Part shown: piece after piece, positions 26,951-36,258 of the stretch
Layout of the letters: the number at the start of each line of letters is the position of its first letter
Position numbering within the stretch: the first letter of the stretch is position 1
Source of the DNA: Patescibacteria group bacterium
GTDB lineage: Bacteria; Patescibacteriota; Doudnabacteria; UBA920
NCBI GenBank assembly: GCA_013387205.1
Contig: WARV01000005.1
Span: 27,924-91,923 of the forward strand
Direction of reading: 5' to 3'
DNA length: 64,000 nucleotides
The notes under the pieces: generated by a model
What the model saw: the letters and a program-made list of their open reading frames with translations, nothing else
Told to the model about the DNA's origin: nothing
Database searches by the model: none
Made by a program: the position numbers and the translations under genes

Positions 26951-26980
26951 CGAATGGCTCAACCCACGGTTGAGCCATTC
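26951..26980. repeat. Conserved 30-bp hairpin (cgaatggctcaaccNacggttgagccattc), copy 1
   Basis: A 12-bp perfect stem. An almost identical copy lies at 56401-56430, differing at one loop base. Confidence 0.5.
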
Positions 26981-26990
26981 ATCAGGTACA

Positions 26991-27030
26991 ACAAAGGGGG
27001 TACCTTGCATTAATGCAAGGTACCCCCTTT
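26991..27030 (-). terminator. Long palindromic terminator for the anti-sigma/sigma operon
   Basis: caaagggggtaccttgcattaatgcaaggtaccccctttg is an 18-bp perfect stem. It lies immediately downstream of the minus-strand gene ending at 27053. Confidence 0.6.
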
Positions 27031-27052
27031 GTTAAATGTCGGTAGATGTTAG

Positions 27053-27838
27053 CTAATTATCTTCTGTTTTTTTGCTATTTTTTACATCAAGCAATTCTAT
27101 TTTTCCTGATGTATTGTTTTTCCTTGAAGCCTTGGAATTTTCCGAATCGCGCGAATCATTAGTCTGCTGGTTGTCCTGCCTGCGTTCCTTGTCATTTTGG
27201 CTGCGCTTGTCTTCTTTGGAAGGCTTTCCTTGGTTATCTTCAATTTTAACTCCTTGCTTTTTGGCTTCATTGCTTAAGTCTTCAATTTTCTTCCTGATCT
27301 CTGACGCGTTATCGTTATTGCCTTTTCGTTCGTAGTCCTTTTCCACTTTTTGCAAAGAATTTATCGCCTGGTTAACTTCGGTTTTGGCTCGCCCTAAAGC
27401 TTCTTCTTTTTGCGGCTGCTGGCTTTGTGGTGTTTGCGGGTTGTCAATCGCCTTGAGTTCGTTAAGCCTTTCTTGGGCATGGTTTGCTTTAATGTATGCT
27501 TTTTTCTGCGGGCTTGGGGTGATATTCAGTTCAACATTTTCTTTGGCCATCTTAAGTTTATAAAGCGCGGTTCCTGGCAAGGCCTGGCTGGATGCGTAAA
27601 CCGCGCCGCTTAAAATTACGAACACGACAGCCAAGGCAAAAGATAACCTGGCAAGGCCAAAAGTCCACGAGGTTTTTTTTACCAACGTTAATTTCTGGTC
27701 CTGGGTAATGTTTGATATTTGGGCAAGCACGGAATTTCTTATCTGCTTTTGACTGTCTTTTGGCAAATTAAAAGATTCGCTAAGCTTGCTTAGCTCGGAT
27801 TGAATATCATCTTTTTTTCGGTTGTCAGCGGAGTTCAT
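27053..27838 (-). CDS. Putative anti-sigma factor-like membrane protein (single TM, DUF5667-like extracytoplasmic segment, K/E/Q-rich tail)
   Basis: 261 aa. Overlaps the upstream ECF sigma gene by 14 nt. One TM helix (FGLARLSFALAVVFVILSGAVYA) followed by LPGTALYKLK, then a low-complexity charged tail. Confidence 0.55.
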   Translation of the reverse strand: MNSADNRKKDDIQSELSKLSESFNLPKDSQKQIRNSVLAQISNITQDQKLTLVKKTSWTFGLARLSFALAVVFVILSGAVYASSQALPGTALYKLKMAKENVELNITPSPQKKAYIKANHAQERLNELKAIDNPQTPQSQQPQKEEALGRAKTEVNQAINSLQKVEKDYERKGNNDNASEIRKKIEDLSNEAKKQGVKIEDNQGKPSKEDKRSQNDKERRQDNQQTNDSRDSENSKASRKNNTSGKIELLDVKNSKKTEDN

Positions 27839-28388
27839 GTTCAGGATATTGTTTGATTAGTGTTTGAAGTTTCTTTAAAGCCCGGTGCTGGGCCATTCTT
27901 ACGGAAAGCGAACTTTTGTTAAGCGCTTGGGCTGTTTCTTTTATGGATAAGTCAGATAAGAACCTTAACTCCAAAACTGTCCGGTAATTATCGGGAAGCT
28001 GTGAAAGCATCTGCCGCAGTTTTTCCGAGCTGAGATTTTTGTCCAAATCCTGCTCGCTGTTTAAAGATGCCGGGGCGTCTAAATTATCAAAAATTTCCAC
28101 GGTCTGGATGATGCGGGAATTTTTCCGGTAATGGTCGGTTATGGCATTGAGCGCTATTTTATAAAGCCAGCCGGAAAAACTTCCGGCGTCGGGATTAAAC
28201 AAAGGCAAGCCCTTCCAGGCTTTGATGAAAGTTTCCTGAAGCAGATCTTCGGCTTGCTGGTTGCCGCTGGTTTTAGCGCGGATAAACCTGTAGAGCGGCT
28301 GGCTGAATTGGTCATAAATCACGCCAAAAGATTCCGTACTGCCGGACTGCGCTTTTTTTATATGGTTTGAAAGTTCGTCCTTTTCCAA
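27825..28388 (-). CDS. ECF-type RNA polymerase sigma factor (sigma-70 family regions 2 and 4)
   Basis: 187 aa. Region 2 (QETFIKAWKGLPLF, SGWLYKIALNAITDHYRK) and region 4 HTH (LSIKETAQALNKSSLSVRMAQHRALKKL). Confidence 0.85.
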   Translation of the reverse strand: MEKDELSNHIKKAQSGSTESFGVIYDQFSQPLYRFIRAKTSGNQQAEDLLQETFIKAWKGLPLFNPDAGSFSGWLYKIALNAITDHYRKNSRIIQTVEIFDNLDAPASLNSEQDLDKNLSSEKLRQMLSQLPDNYRTVLELRFLSDLSIKETAQALNKSSLSVRMAQHRALKKLQTLIKQYPEHELR

Positions 28389-28670
28389 TTTGGTAAACGA
28401 TAATTTATTGGCCTTTGTTTCTATATCTACTATTTAAATATTACAGCTTTGGGGAATTGTTGGCAAAAGCCGTTTTTGATAAAAAACAGGCTTGCGCGGC
28501 ATTTTATTGCCGCGCAAACCTCATTTGCCTTCCTTAAAATCGCTCGAGCCGCCTTAAGGAAAGCGTGTTTCCATGGGTTTTTCCAAAATTACCCAACTAC
28601 ATATACGTTGGCAATAAAATTTTGTTTCTTTTGTATAGAAAAATCATCGTTGGAAATTAGTAGGTATTTT

Positions 28671-28701
28671 AAAAACACCAACCGATCGGTTGGTGTTTTT
28701 A
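28671..28701. terminator. Bidirectional terminator (perfect palindrome)
   Basis: aaaaacaccaaccgatcggttggtgttttt is an 11-bp stem with an A-run on one side and a T-run on the other. Confidence 0.65.
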
Positions 28702-28877
28702 TGGCTGAACAAGACTGTCTGGTACGGGTATTGTAAGGGATTTAGGGAGTCTTTGCTAGCCCTTAGGAGGCACTACGGTCACTTTTGGCTACAAACAAAA
28801 TGTTACAAATGTTACACCATTTCGTGGGGTACTGTAACATGTAATTTTTTAGGGTTGGCGCAACTCCAAATCAACGC

Positions 28878-30011
28878 TCAAAGTTTCTTCAAAGCTTCAA
28901 TAAAACTGGGGTCATTTATGTACGCTTCGACGATGATTTTAATGTAATTAAAAGCAATTTCCACAAAATCAAACATATCACTATCTTTCCGTCCCGTTAC
29001 ACTCCTCATGTACCGATCCAAAGCGTTCCAGTCCCCGTGGGCAATCATGGACCTAATGTCGTAAAGATTTTTAAGCTTTTTAACTGCGGCTGCAAAATCA
29101 CCCTTGTTTTTTTGTTTTATTAGTACTCCAGCTTTCAGTTGAAACTGTTTGCTAATAGAGTCTTCGACATTAAACCTTGAGTAATCCGGATTATGGGTCA
29201 GTAAAAATTCTATGATGCTAACAAGCATGAGTAATTGCATTCTAGAATTGATCGTATTTTCATTGACATTGCGGATCATCTCGCCGACAAACATCAATTT
29301 CCCTTTTTGCTCCGACGATAGCAAATCAATTCTTTCACCCCAACGCACCATGTCATCTATCCGCCCCATCACTGTTTGGTAGTCAAACTCCTTGAATTTT
29401 TTATCAGGAAAAGATAATTGATGCAGGTATATGAACAATTCTTGGGTGAGTGAACGTTTTTCAGTTTCCAGTTCAATGGTCTTAGTCAAACGCCCCTCAA
29501 AAACATCTAAAAATAGTAAGGATAGGATAGCTGCAAAATTTGAAGCGTTTTCTTCCCTAACAGCACCAACTTCATTGCCTTGTAAAATAAACAACCCCCG
29601 TTCCTTGCGCTTTCTCATTTGCCGTTGCTCTTCTCTGAGTTTTTCAAAAAAACCTTCATCATCAAAACGTACAATGAGCCAGCTATTAGCTAGGTAATTA
29701 AAAGCTTCTTTTGGATCGTAATGTTTTAGGAAAGTTTTATCAATGTATTCATTTTTTTGACTTTTTTGTTTAAGCCCAATAAGTATTTTCTTTAGGTATT
29801 TTTTATGCAAAATAGTTTTCCCCTCAGACATAAAAAAATAATTTTTTAGCCTTTTATCATCGTCCCGAAATTCAATGTGCTCTTCTAAAAGCTGCCGAAA
29901 GTAAGATTGTTCGTTAGGGGTGCGTGGGTTGTCTAGTTCAATTTTCCAATATTTTGATAAGGTAATTTTTTTGTTTAAAGGGAAGACTCCTTTTAGTGGA
30001 ATTATATTCAT
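28878..30011 (-). CDS. Hypothetical protein with C-terminal HEPN-like Rx4H motif (Abi-like)
   Basis: 377 aa. The C-terminus LKNLYDIRSMIAHGDW contains R-x4-H (RSMIAH), the minimal HEPN RNase motif seen in Abi_2/AbiD/AbiF-type proteins. The N-terminal 300 aa are unassigned. Confidence 0.45.
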   Translation of the reverse strand: MNIIPLKGVFPLNKKITLSKYWKIELDNPRTPNEQSYFRQLLEEHIEFRDDDKRLKNYFFMSEGKTILHKKYLKKILIGLKQKSQKNEYIDKTFLKHYDPKEAFNYLANSWLIVRFDDEGFFEKLREEQRQMRKRKERGLFILQGNEVGAVREENASNFAAILSLLFLDVFEGRLTKTIELETEKRSLTQELFIYLHQLSFPDKKFKEFDYQTVMGRIDDMVRWGERIDLLSSEQKGKLMFVGEMIRNVNENTINSRMQLLMLVSIIEFLLTHNPDYSRFNVEDSISKQFQLKAGVLIKQKNKGDFAAAVKKLKNLYDIRSMIAHGDWNALDRYMRSVTGRKDSDMFDFVEIAFNYIKIIVEAYINDPSFIEALKKL

Positions 30012-30022
30012 GTATTTAAAAT

Positions 30023-31039
30023 TTATTCGTTTGCTAACTTATTATTTTTCGTTCTTTGCGCCAAATTTTCCGGACCTTTCGGCCCAGTCTTATCAATACA
30101 GTCTACATTCATTATATTCTTGGCACCGGCTGGCAGTTGGAAGCTTAGATCGTGGATATTTTTTTGGACTTCTTTTTCGGTAAGGGTTTGCATATAGCCC
30201 AGAATCTTATAATCCTTCAGCGCTTCCATGGGGTTTGTATGGTAAATCCATGGCTCCGAATGGTACCAGTCCTCTCCATCCTTTTTAAACTTAATTAAAG
30301 GCCATTTAGTAAGCTTTTTGGGCGGCAGGACGTCTTTTTGATCATCTATCAGGAAAACCTGGCAATGCGCCCGTCCTGAAGCATTAGGGATTATCCTGGG
30401 TTTGAGCAGTTCTTCCTTAACCAGCCTTTTTAAGCCGTAGCGGTTAATAAAAAAGCTGTGTTCCAGATCCAGGGCCGAATACCAGGTTTCCTCGTCGCTG
30501 GCGACGGTTGCCGGGATGATATTATCATCAATCGCTTTCTGGCAGATAAGACATTTAACCCCGTGCTCGTCGTACCAGGTTTCCTGGTCAGATACTGACC
30601 TGCCGCAAATAGCGCAGGAATAGCCCTGGCCTTCCAAATGGAATCCTTTGGGAAATTCTTTCAGTTTTTCTTTGCGTTTCCATTCTGTGAGGCCGATATC
30701 ATACATCACTTCAGCATACTGCTTCAGCCAAAATTCGGACTCGTTCAATTCTGATTCGGTCACCTCCCGGCCCGTATGCTTTTCCAGGATGTCTTTCAGC
30801 TCGGCTTTCATCTTATCCCTGTTTTTCTGCGCCTTGATTTCCGAAGACTTAGTCCGGTGTATTATTGGAGGGATGTAATGGGGAGGTTCTTTTAAGATTG
30901 GCTCTTGGGGTGCCGCTTTGAGAATATCGTCATTTTTTAAATCCGTTTTTAAAGCAGGCTGAACACGCACGGCTGTTCCGCACTGGCCGCAAAATTTATC
31001 ACCCATTTCCAATTTGTTGCCGCAATTCGTGCAGAACAT
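30023..31039 (-). CDS. Hypothetical protein with N-terminal zinc ribbon and an internal Cys4 cluster
   Basis: 338 aa. CTNCGNKLEMGDKFCGQCG at the N-terminus and CAICGRSVSDQETWYDEHGVKCLICQ internally. Separated from the HEPN-like gene by only 11 nt. Confidence 0.5.
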   Translation of the reverse strand: MFCTNCGNKLEMGDKFCGQCGTAVRVQPALKTDLKNDDILKAAPQEPILKEPPHYIPPIIHRTKSSEIKAQKNRDKMKAELKDILEKHTGREVTESELNESEFWLKQYAEVMYDIGLTEWKRKEKLKEFPKGFHLEGQGYSCAICGRSVSDQETWYDEHGVKCLICQKAIDDNIIPATVASDEETWYSALDLEHSFFINRYGLKRLVKEELLKPRIIPNASGRAHCQVFLIDDQKDVLPPKKLTKWPLIKFKKDGEDWYHSEPWIYHTNPMEALKDYKILGYMQTLTEKEVQKNIHDLSFQLPAGAKNIMNVDCIDKTGPKGPENLAQRTKNNKLANE

Positions 31040-31043
31040 ATTT

Positions 31044-31316
31044 TTAATTTGGGATTATGTTACAGAACAACATATGTGTCCCGCCATACCTAATATCAAA
31101 CAAAGTATAGTAACTTATTTCTACGCTGTTAATACTCCGCTCGGTGATCTTTGCCGTACGATAAAGCGAATTAGGAAATTTAGATACTTCCTGCTGAGCC
31201 AGCTTTACGCAGGGGCCGGAACCTAAACCAGCATTTCGAATAAGGACTTTGGGTATTGCGAGGCCGATTATCAGAATCAGGATAAGAGTTGTAAGGATAA
31301 CAACCGATTTTTTCAT
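31044..31316 (-). CDS. Small hypothetical membrane/secreted protein
   Basis: 90 aa with an N-terminal hydrophobic helix (VVILTTLILILIIGLAI). The stop is 4 nt from the next gene, and the gene abuts the mltG stop. Confidence 0.4.
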   Translation of the reverse strand: MKKSVVILTTLILILIIGLAIPKVLIRNAGLGSGPCVKLAQQEVSKFPNSLYRTAKITERSINSVEISYYTLFDIRYGGTHMLFCNIIPN

Positions 31317-32368
31317 TACTGGTTTTTTAAGTACTGGTTGATATTGGCCTGGTGTTCCTCATAAGTCTTGGCACAATGAATCTGCTTGTTGGAATCATGC
31401 AGATAATACAGACACTCGGTTTCTGCTGGGTATAGCGCAGCTTTAATAGCATCAATTCCCGGGTTGTCTATCGGGTGGGGCGGCAGGCCTTTGTAGAGAT
31501 ATGTATTGTAGGGCGAATCGATCTTTTCATCGGCAGGGGTAATCGGCGTCCACCAGGTGCCGTCGATTTTATAGTTTGTGCTCTGGTAAAGCCCGGGCTC
31601 CTTGCCGTAGTGGGCCAGGCTGTCGCGAGCGTACTGCACCGTAGCGTCTATCTCCAACTTCATGCCCTTAAGCAGGCGGTTCCAGATTACACCTGATATT
31701 ACTGGAGCATCGTCTTTGCCTGCCGCTTCCCGCTGGACTATGGAAGCGACTTTCAGCAACGTGTCCCATTTGATGTTCTGGTTTAAGGCTTCCTTGGAGT
31801 AAGGTGCAAATTCTTCATTAAATTTAACCCTTAGGCGCTGGGCGGTTTGCAGCGGCGTTTCGCTTACCGGAATCAAATAGGTATCGGGAAAATACACCCC
31901 TTCCAGATAGTCAAAATTTAAGGCTGTATAATTGGTTATGAATTTATCCTGGTCTTCGTCGCTCCAGCCTAAGTTTTTGGCCATGATGGAAGCGATTTGT
32001 TCTTTACGCAAACCTTCGGGAATAGTAACCCATTTCATATCAGGCTCACGGGTTAAATGGTTTTCCACCAAGTCCCAAGCAGAAGAACTTTTAGAAATGC
32101 TATAGCTGCCCGGCTTAATGGTTGCACCCCTGCCTTCAATTTTCATAGCCCAATTAAAACCTAACTTACTCTTGATGAAGCCTTTGGTATAGAGGCTGTT
32201 AACGATATCCTGCTGGGAAGCGTTTTGGGAAACCGTGAAAGCTTCGGGCTTAGCTCCTTTTTCGGGAGCACCAAATAATGCCAAATAGGCAAAAATTATA
32301 GTTGCGGCAATGACGATTATGCCGCCAAATGCCGTTCCTGCAATTATTGCAAGCTTTTTATTAAACAT
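31316..32368 (-). CDS. mltG: Endolytic murein transglycosylase MltG (YceG family)
   Basis: 350 aa with an N-terminal TM helix. YceG signatures GVYFPDTY, ASIVQREAA and VIWNRL. Confidence 0.9.
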   Translation of the reverse strand: MFNKKLAIIAGTAFGGIIVIAATIIFAYLALFGAPEKGAKPEAFTVSQNASQQDIVNSLYTKGFIKSKLGFNWAMKIEGRGATIKPGSYSISKSSSAWDLVENHLTREPDMKWVTIPEGLRKEQIASIMAKNLGWSDEDQDKFITNYTALNFDYLEGVYFPDTYLIPVSETPLQTAQRLRVKFNEEFAPYSKEALNQNIKWDTLLKVASIVQREAAGKDDAPVISGVIWNRLLKGMKLEIDATVQYARDSLAHYGKEPGLYQSTNYKIDGTWWTPITPADEKIDSPYNTYLYKGLPPHPIDNPGIDAIKAALYPAETECLYYLHDSNKQIHCAKTYEEHQANINQYLKNQ

Positions 32369-32407
32369 ATTTTACCCCTATAGTTAATTTGTAAATTTAG
32401 TTTATAT

Positions 32408-34885
32408 TTATACAAAACTTTCTGCTTCAAATATTAATATATCGTTTTCGTTATTGGTTTTCATCGTATCGATAAGATTCTGGCGGTACTGGACTACGTC
32501 TTGCTCTAAGTCAAAGCTTAAAAATTCCTGGTATTTTTCATTCAGCAATTTTGCTAATTCCATTGAAAAACCATTTTTCAATAAACAGATAATGTGCGGA
32601 TTATTTGTTCCGTATTTAACGTGGTCGTAAAAATCCGAATCAACCAAATCGAGGTCTTTCAAAATTTCCAGATACTTGAGGATATAGAAATCTACAAATT
32701 CCTGCTCTTCTTTTATTTTGGCTACGGCTAGGTTTATCCTCTGTACCTCGTTTTTTTCGCTGATGTTCACATATAAGCTTTGGTGCCCGTCTCCGCCGGT
32801 GCGGTCGCCCCACTTGGCGCCAACGTACACTAGGACATCTCCTCCCGCCTCCCTCCTTTTCCAGTAAGCGAGAAAACGGCTAATCATGAGCGGATACGGA
32901 GCCCCTTGGGACCGCCATGCTATAAACATGGAGTAAAAATTTCTCGCGATTTCATTGCCCTTTATACGGGCAATATTATCACTGCCACTTTTTAAGGTTA
33001 TGCCTTCAAAGAAAATCTTAACGATGGCATTGATTAAAGTTTCTGCACTGTTCATTTTTGGATTGCCCACTTCATTATAGTAAGCAAGATTGGCATTCAG
33101 TATTTGCTCGCTTTCTAAGATATTAAAGTCGTGTATATTGTTAGCAAAACACAGCCTACCCAATTCAGTTGCCGGAGCCGGTATGTCCGTAAGGCCGGAA
33201 GATCCGGGTTCAACATTTTCCAAGTAGGAAAGGACCTGCTTTGTTTTTTCTGTGTTTTCAGACTTCTCTAATAAAGGATTTTCTACAGTGTCTTCATGCT
33301 TGACCCCGGAATTCACCTTTTTATGATAAAAGGAGAGGGGCGAAAAACCCTTCGGAGAATAGGCTCCCCTCATCAAATAAATTTCCGGCTCAAGCAGCTT
33401 AAGGCTGCCCGATTCCAAGTCAAAAACTTCCTTGAAGCGGCAGACCCGGCCTATAAGATTTTTAAACTGGGAAGCGCTGAGGTGGCTCCTGCCTTTTTTA
33501 GGATTTAGTATGAAAATTTTCTGCGCCGGAATATTAACCCCTTCCAATAAAGTCGAGGTTGTGATGATAAATTCAAATTCTGGATTTTTTGAGAATATTT
33601 CTTCGATGTATAATTTTATAACATCGGGAATTCCGCCATGGTGGTAGAGTATCCCGTGCTTTATGCACTCAATTAGATTATATTCGGGATGGATTAGTTC
33701 GCTGATGGATTCGATAACCTTGTTTATTACCGGTGTTAAGGCTATGGGATTTTTTTGCCGTGCAAAGCTTAACGAAAAATCTTCAACGGTAACAGGCCGG
33801 TTAAGATAAATGATATTTTTATTAGCTTTGTGAGCCATGATGAACGCCACATCCGTGCGGTAATGTTTATTTGGTATGGGAAACGCCTGATCTAAAAATT
33901 GGTCATAAAAGTGCATGTTTTGCGTTCTGGTATCGTAAGCGTAAAACCTTTCGACTTTCATATACTCCTCGATCTTTTGGCCCCTCACCGCAATCTGGTG
34001 GTTTTTGATGCTCAGACTGCCAGTGTCTATCAGAAAGGGCGTAAAAAAATTTACCAGAGCCCTCTCGTTGCGCTTCTTTAATATCAGCAATACCTGAGCC
34101 AGCAGATGCGCTCGCTCGGAATCTTCCAAAATATTATGGGCTTCGTCAACCAGAGCCAAGTCCAAAGACAGCTGCTGGTGCTTCTGCAGCAAAATTAAAA
34201 GCCGCTCCTGGGTTAATACTGCCAAAAACGACTGGTCGGTTTCCCTGAACATATCGGGGTGGGTAATAATCTTTTTGAAATTTTGCCTTATCATCCCGTC
34301 TTTCAATAAGTTATGTTTGGTCTGCGCCAACAAGGCTTTGCTGGGTACGACGATACATATTTTTTTGTTTGGATAATTCCGAACCTTTCGCACGATCATC
34401 TCTGACTTTCCATAAGAAGTCGGGGCGACCACGGCGATATTGTCCTCAGTCAGGGAAAATTTGTTTAAAGCCAACTGACCTAACGACCTGTATAGGTTGG
34501 CGCCGTCCCCCTCGATTTTAAAAGATTCCTGGTATGCAGAAATGTAGAGATTGGAAAACGAATCCCTGCTATTTTCTCCGTTGGCATACTTGTTCTCAAT
34601 AAATTTTACTATGGGAATGTAGTCCCTGCTCAGCGCGACGTCTCTAAGGGGTTCGTAATCGCTAAATTGGTTTGCATACTTAAGTATGATCCTATAACCA
34701 AGCCGCTCGATATCAGGATCATCAGAGTTAAGGAAATAAACCGCAACTTTTAAAATAAATATTTTATTTTCTTCGGAAATATTTGCGCCGCCCAAGACTA
34801 ATTTTTTATAGACATTTAGAAACAGTGAGCCGTCAAGGTTCTTTTTGTTCCGGATCTTTTTTAGCGTCAGTTCGTAAATGTCCAT
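32408..34885 (-). CDS. hamB: SF2 (Ski2/Hel308-like) helicase, Hachiman HamB-like
   Basis: 825 aa. Motif I VVAPTSYGKS, motif II LVDEAHN, motif V ITTSTLLEGVNIP, motif VI QFKNLIGRVCR. Start overlaps the stop of the upstream DUF1837-like gene (shared nt 34885). Confidence 0.6.
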   Translation of the reverse strand: MDIYELTLKKIRNKKNLDGSLFLNVYKKLVLGGANISEENKIFILKVAVYFLNSDDPDIERLGYRIILKYANQFSDYEPLRDVALSRDYIPIVKFIENKYANGENSRDSFSNLYISAYQESFKIEGDGANLYRSLGQLALNKFSLTEDNIAVVAPTSYGKSEMIVRKVRNYPNKKICIVVPSKALLAQTKHNLLKDGMIRQNFKKIITHPDMFRETDQSFLAVLTQERLLILLQKHQQLSLDLALVDEAHNILEDSERAHLLAQVLLILKKRNERALVNFFTPFLIDTGSLSIKNHQIAVRGQKIEEYMKVERFYAYDTRTQNMHFYDQFLDQAFPIPNKHYRTDVAFIMAHKANKNIIYLNRPVTVEDFSLSFARQKNPIALTPVINKVIESISELIHPEYNLIECIKHGILYHHGGIPDVIKLYIEEIFSKNPEFEFIITTSTLLEGVNIPAQKIFILNPKKGRSHLSASQFKNLIGRVCRFKEVFDLESGSLKLLEPEIYLMRGAYSPKGFSPLSFYHKKVNSGVKHEDTVENPLLEKSENTEKTKQVLSYLENVEPGSSGLTDIPAPATELGRLCFANNIHDFNILESEQILNANLAYYNEVGNPKMNSAETLINAIVKIFFEGITLKSGSDNIARIKGNEIARNFYSMFIAWRSQGAPYPLMISRFLAYWKRREAGGDVLVYVGAKWGDRTGGDGHQSLYVNISEKNEVQRINLAVAKIKEEQEFVDFYILKYLEILKDLDLVDSDFYDHVKYGTNNPHIICLLKNGFSMELAKLLNEKYQEFLSFDLEQDVVQYRQNLIDTMKTNNENDILIFEAESFV

Positions 34886-35700
34886 TATTGTGGTACAGGC
34901 TGTTGAATTGCCCGCAGCTCTTCATTTAAAAACTGTTCAATTTTGGAATAGGTCGACTTTTGAATGCAAAACAAAATAAGGCCTGCGAAAGCACCTTCTC
35001 CTTTTATAGCAGTCAAGCGGTCTCGGACCGCCTCGTGGGAAATTTTATTCGTGATGTCATGGAATAAAACAGAAACTAAGATCGCGTTTTTCTTGGTTCC
35101 TGGAGTTTGTTGGATTTCAGTAATGTCCCCATCCAACAATTCCTTTACCTTTTTCCTGTCGCCCTGGGCCAAGCTTAGGCTGACGTCCATAATAACGCTT
35201 TGCCACAAGTTCGGCCGTCTCCCTTGAAGAAATTCCTGCATCGCAGTTTTTGACTCGTCCAGCAACTTTTTGTTTTTTGCATCCGGCCCCTCGTCGTTGC
35301 CGGTCTCGCCTGATTTAACTTCGCCATACCAAATAGCGTTGCCACTGACCTCAACATATGTCAGGTCAAATCCCTTTCTTATGCTCTGTTCTTCCTTATT
35401 AAAAAAGATTGTAATTTTTTTCAGGTTCGGCAAAAATTTATCAATAACGAGGTGGGCAATGAATTCTCCCATCATGCCTTTTTTTGTCTGCGATGACTTG
35501 CTGGAGTATCGCTTGATAAATTCAGCCAAAGTGTTTTTATACGAATGGATTCCCAGCGTAAATTCTTTTACTTCATTTTTGCCATGACAAATAGCGCTTA
35601 ATTCGCTTCTGATTAAGCCTTTAATTTCCTCGCTCAATTCGTTTATGTGGCAAACTACAAACCCGTCTTCTTGCGTAACGTTTATGCCCTTCATACGCAT
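34885..35700 (-). CDS. hamA: HamA-like (DUF1837-type) predicted PD-(D/E)xK nuclease
   Basis: 271 aa, the typical HamA size. Candidate catalytic core GFDLTYVEV ... YGEVKSG (D ... E-V-K). Directly coupled to the helicase gene. Confidence 0.55.
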   Translation of the reverse strand: MRMKGINVTQEDGFVVCHINELSEEIKGLIRSELSAICHGKNEVKEFTLGIHSYKNTLAEFIKRYSSKSSQTKKGMMGEFIAHLVIDKFLPNLKKITIFFNKEEQSIRKGFDLTYVEVSGNAIWYGEVKSGETGNDEGPDAKNKKLLDESKTAMQEFLQGRRPNLWQSVIMDVSLSLAQGDRKKVKELLDGDITEIQQTPGTKKNAILVSVLFHDITNKISHEAVRDRLTAIKGEGAFAGLILFCIQKSTYSKIEQFLNEELRAIQQPVPQ

Positions 35701-35822
35701 TAATCTTAATTAACCCTTAAATTAAGCTAATTTTACCATTTTTTGGCTCATTCATAAAGATGCTTCCAATCGCTCAATATTAAAAGCCGCAAGCGCAATC
35801 GCCAACGGCTTTTAATAGTTTA

Positions 35823-36254
35823 CTAACTTGCTTTTTGTCTAATGTTTACGCTGCGTAAATATTTGTAAAAGACAGCCATCCCGTCTGAATCCCCCGAAGG
35901 AACTAGTGAACCATTGGCATCCAGAGTTACGGTCAGCTGACAGGTTTTACCTGGGCGGTTGCCGTAAATCATATAGAGGATACCAGGGATGATAGCAAGC
36001 CAGAGCAGTAGAAACGCCACCAGGCAGCTACCTTTCTGGGCAGGAATAACTTTCTGGTAGCTGAGCAGAGTTGCGGATTTATTGGCCAGTACCCAGCCCC
36101 TACCATAAGAGGCCATGAATTGTTCAAATGACTGAAGATGGGTTTGATTAGCAGGTGTCTGCTGGCCGGAACCTTCGGCCAAATCCCGGTTGCAGTACTT
36201 GCAAAATACAGCAGCGTCCTGGATTTCCTCAAAACAAAATGGACATTTCTTCAT
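35823..36254 (-). CDS. Zinc-ribbon membrane protein (paralog 1)
   Basis: 143 aa. N-terminal MKKCPFCFEEIQDAAVFCKYC zinc ribbon, then a TM segment (CLVAFLLLWLAIIPGILYMIY). Confidence 0.5.
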   Translation of the reverse strand: MKKCPFCFEEIQDAAVFCKYCNRDLAEGSGQQTPANQTHLQSFEQFMASYGRGWVLANKSATLLSYQKVIPAQKGSCLVAFLLLWLAIIPGILYMIYGNRPGKTCQLTVTLDANGSLVPSGDSDGMAVFYKYLRSVNIRQKAS

Positions 36255-36258
36255 AGGG

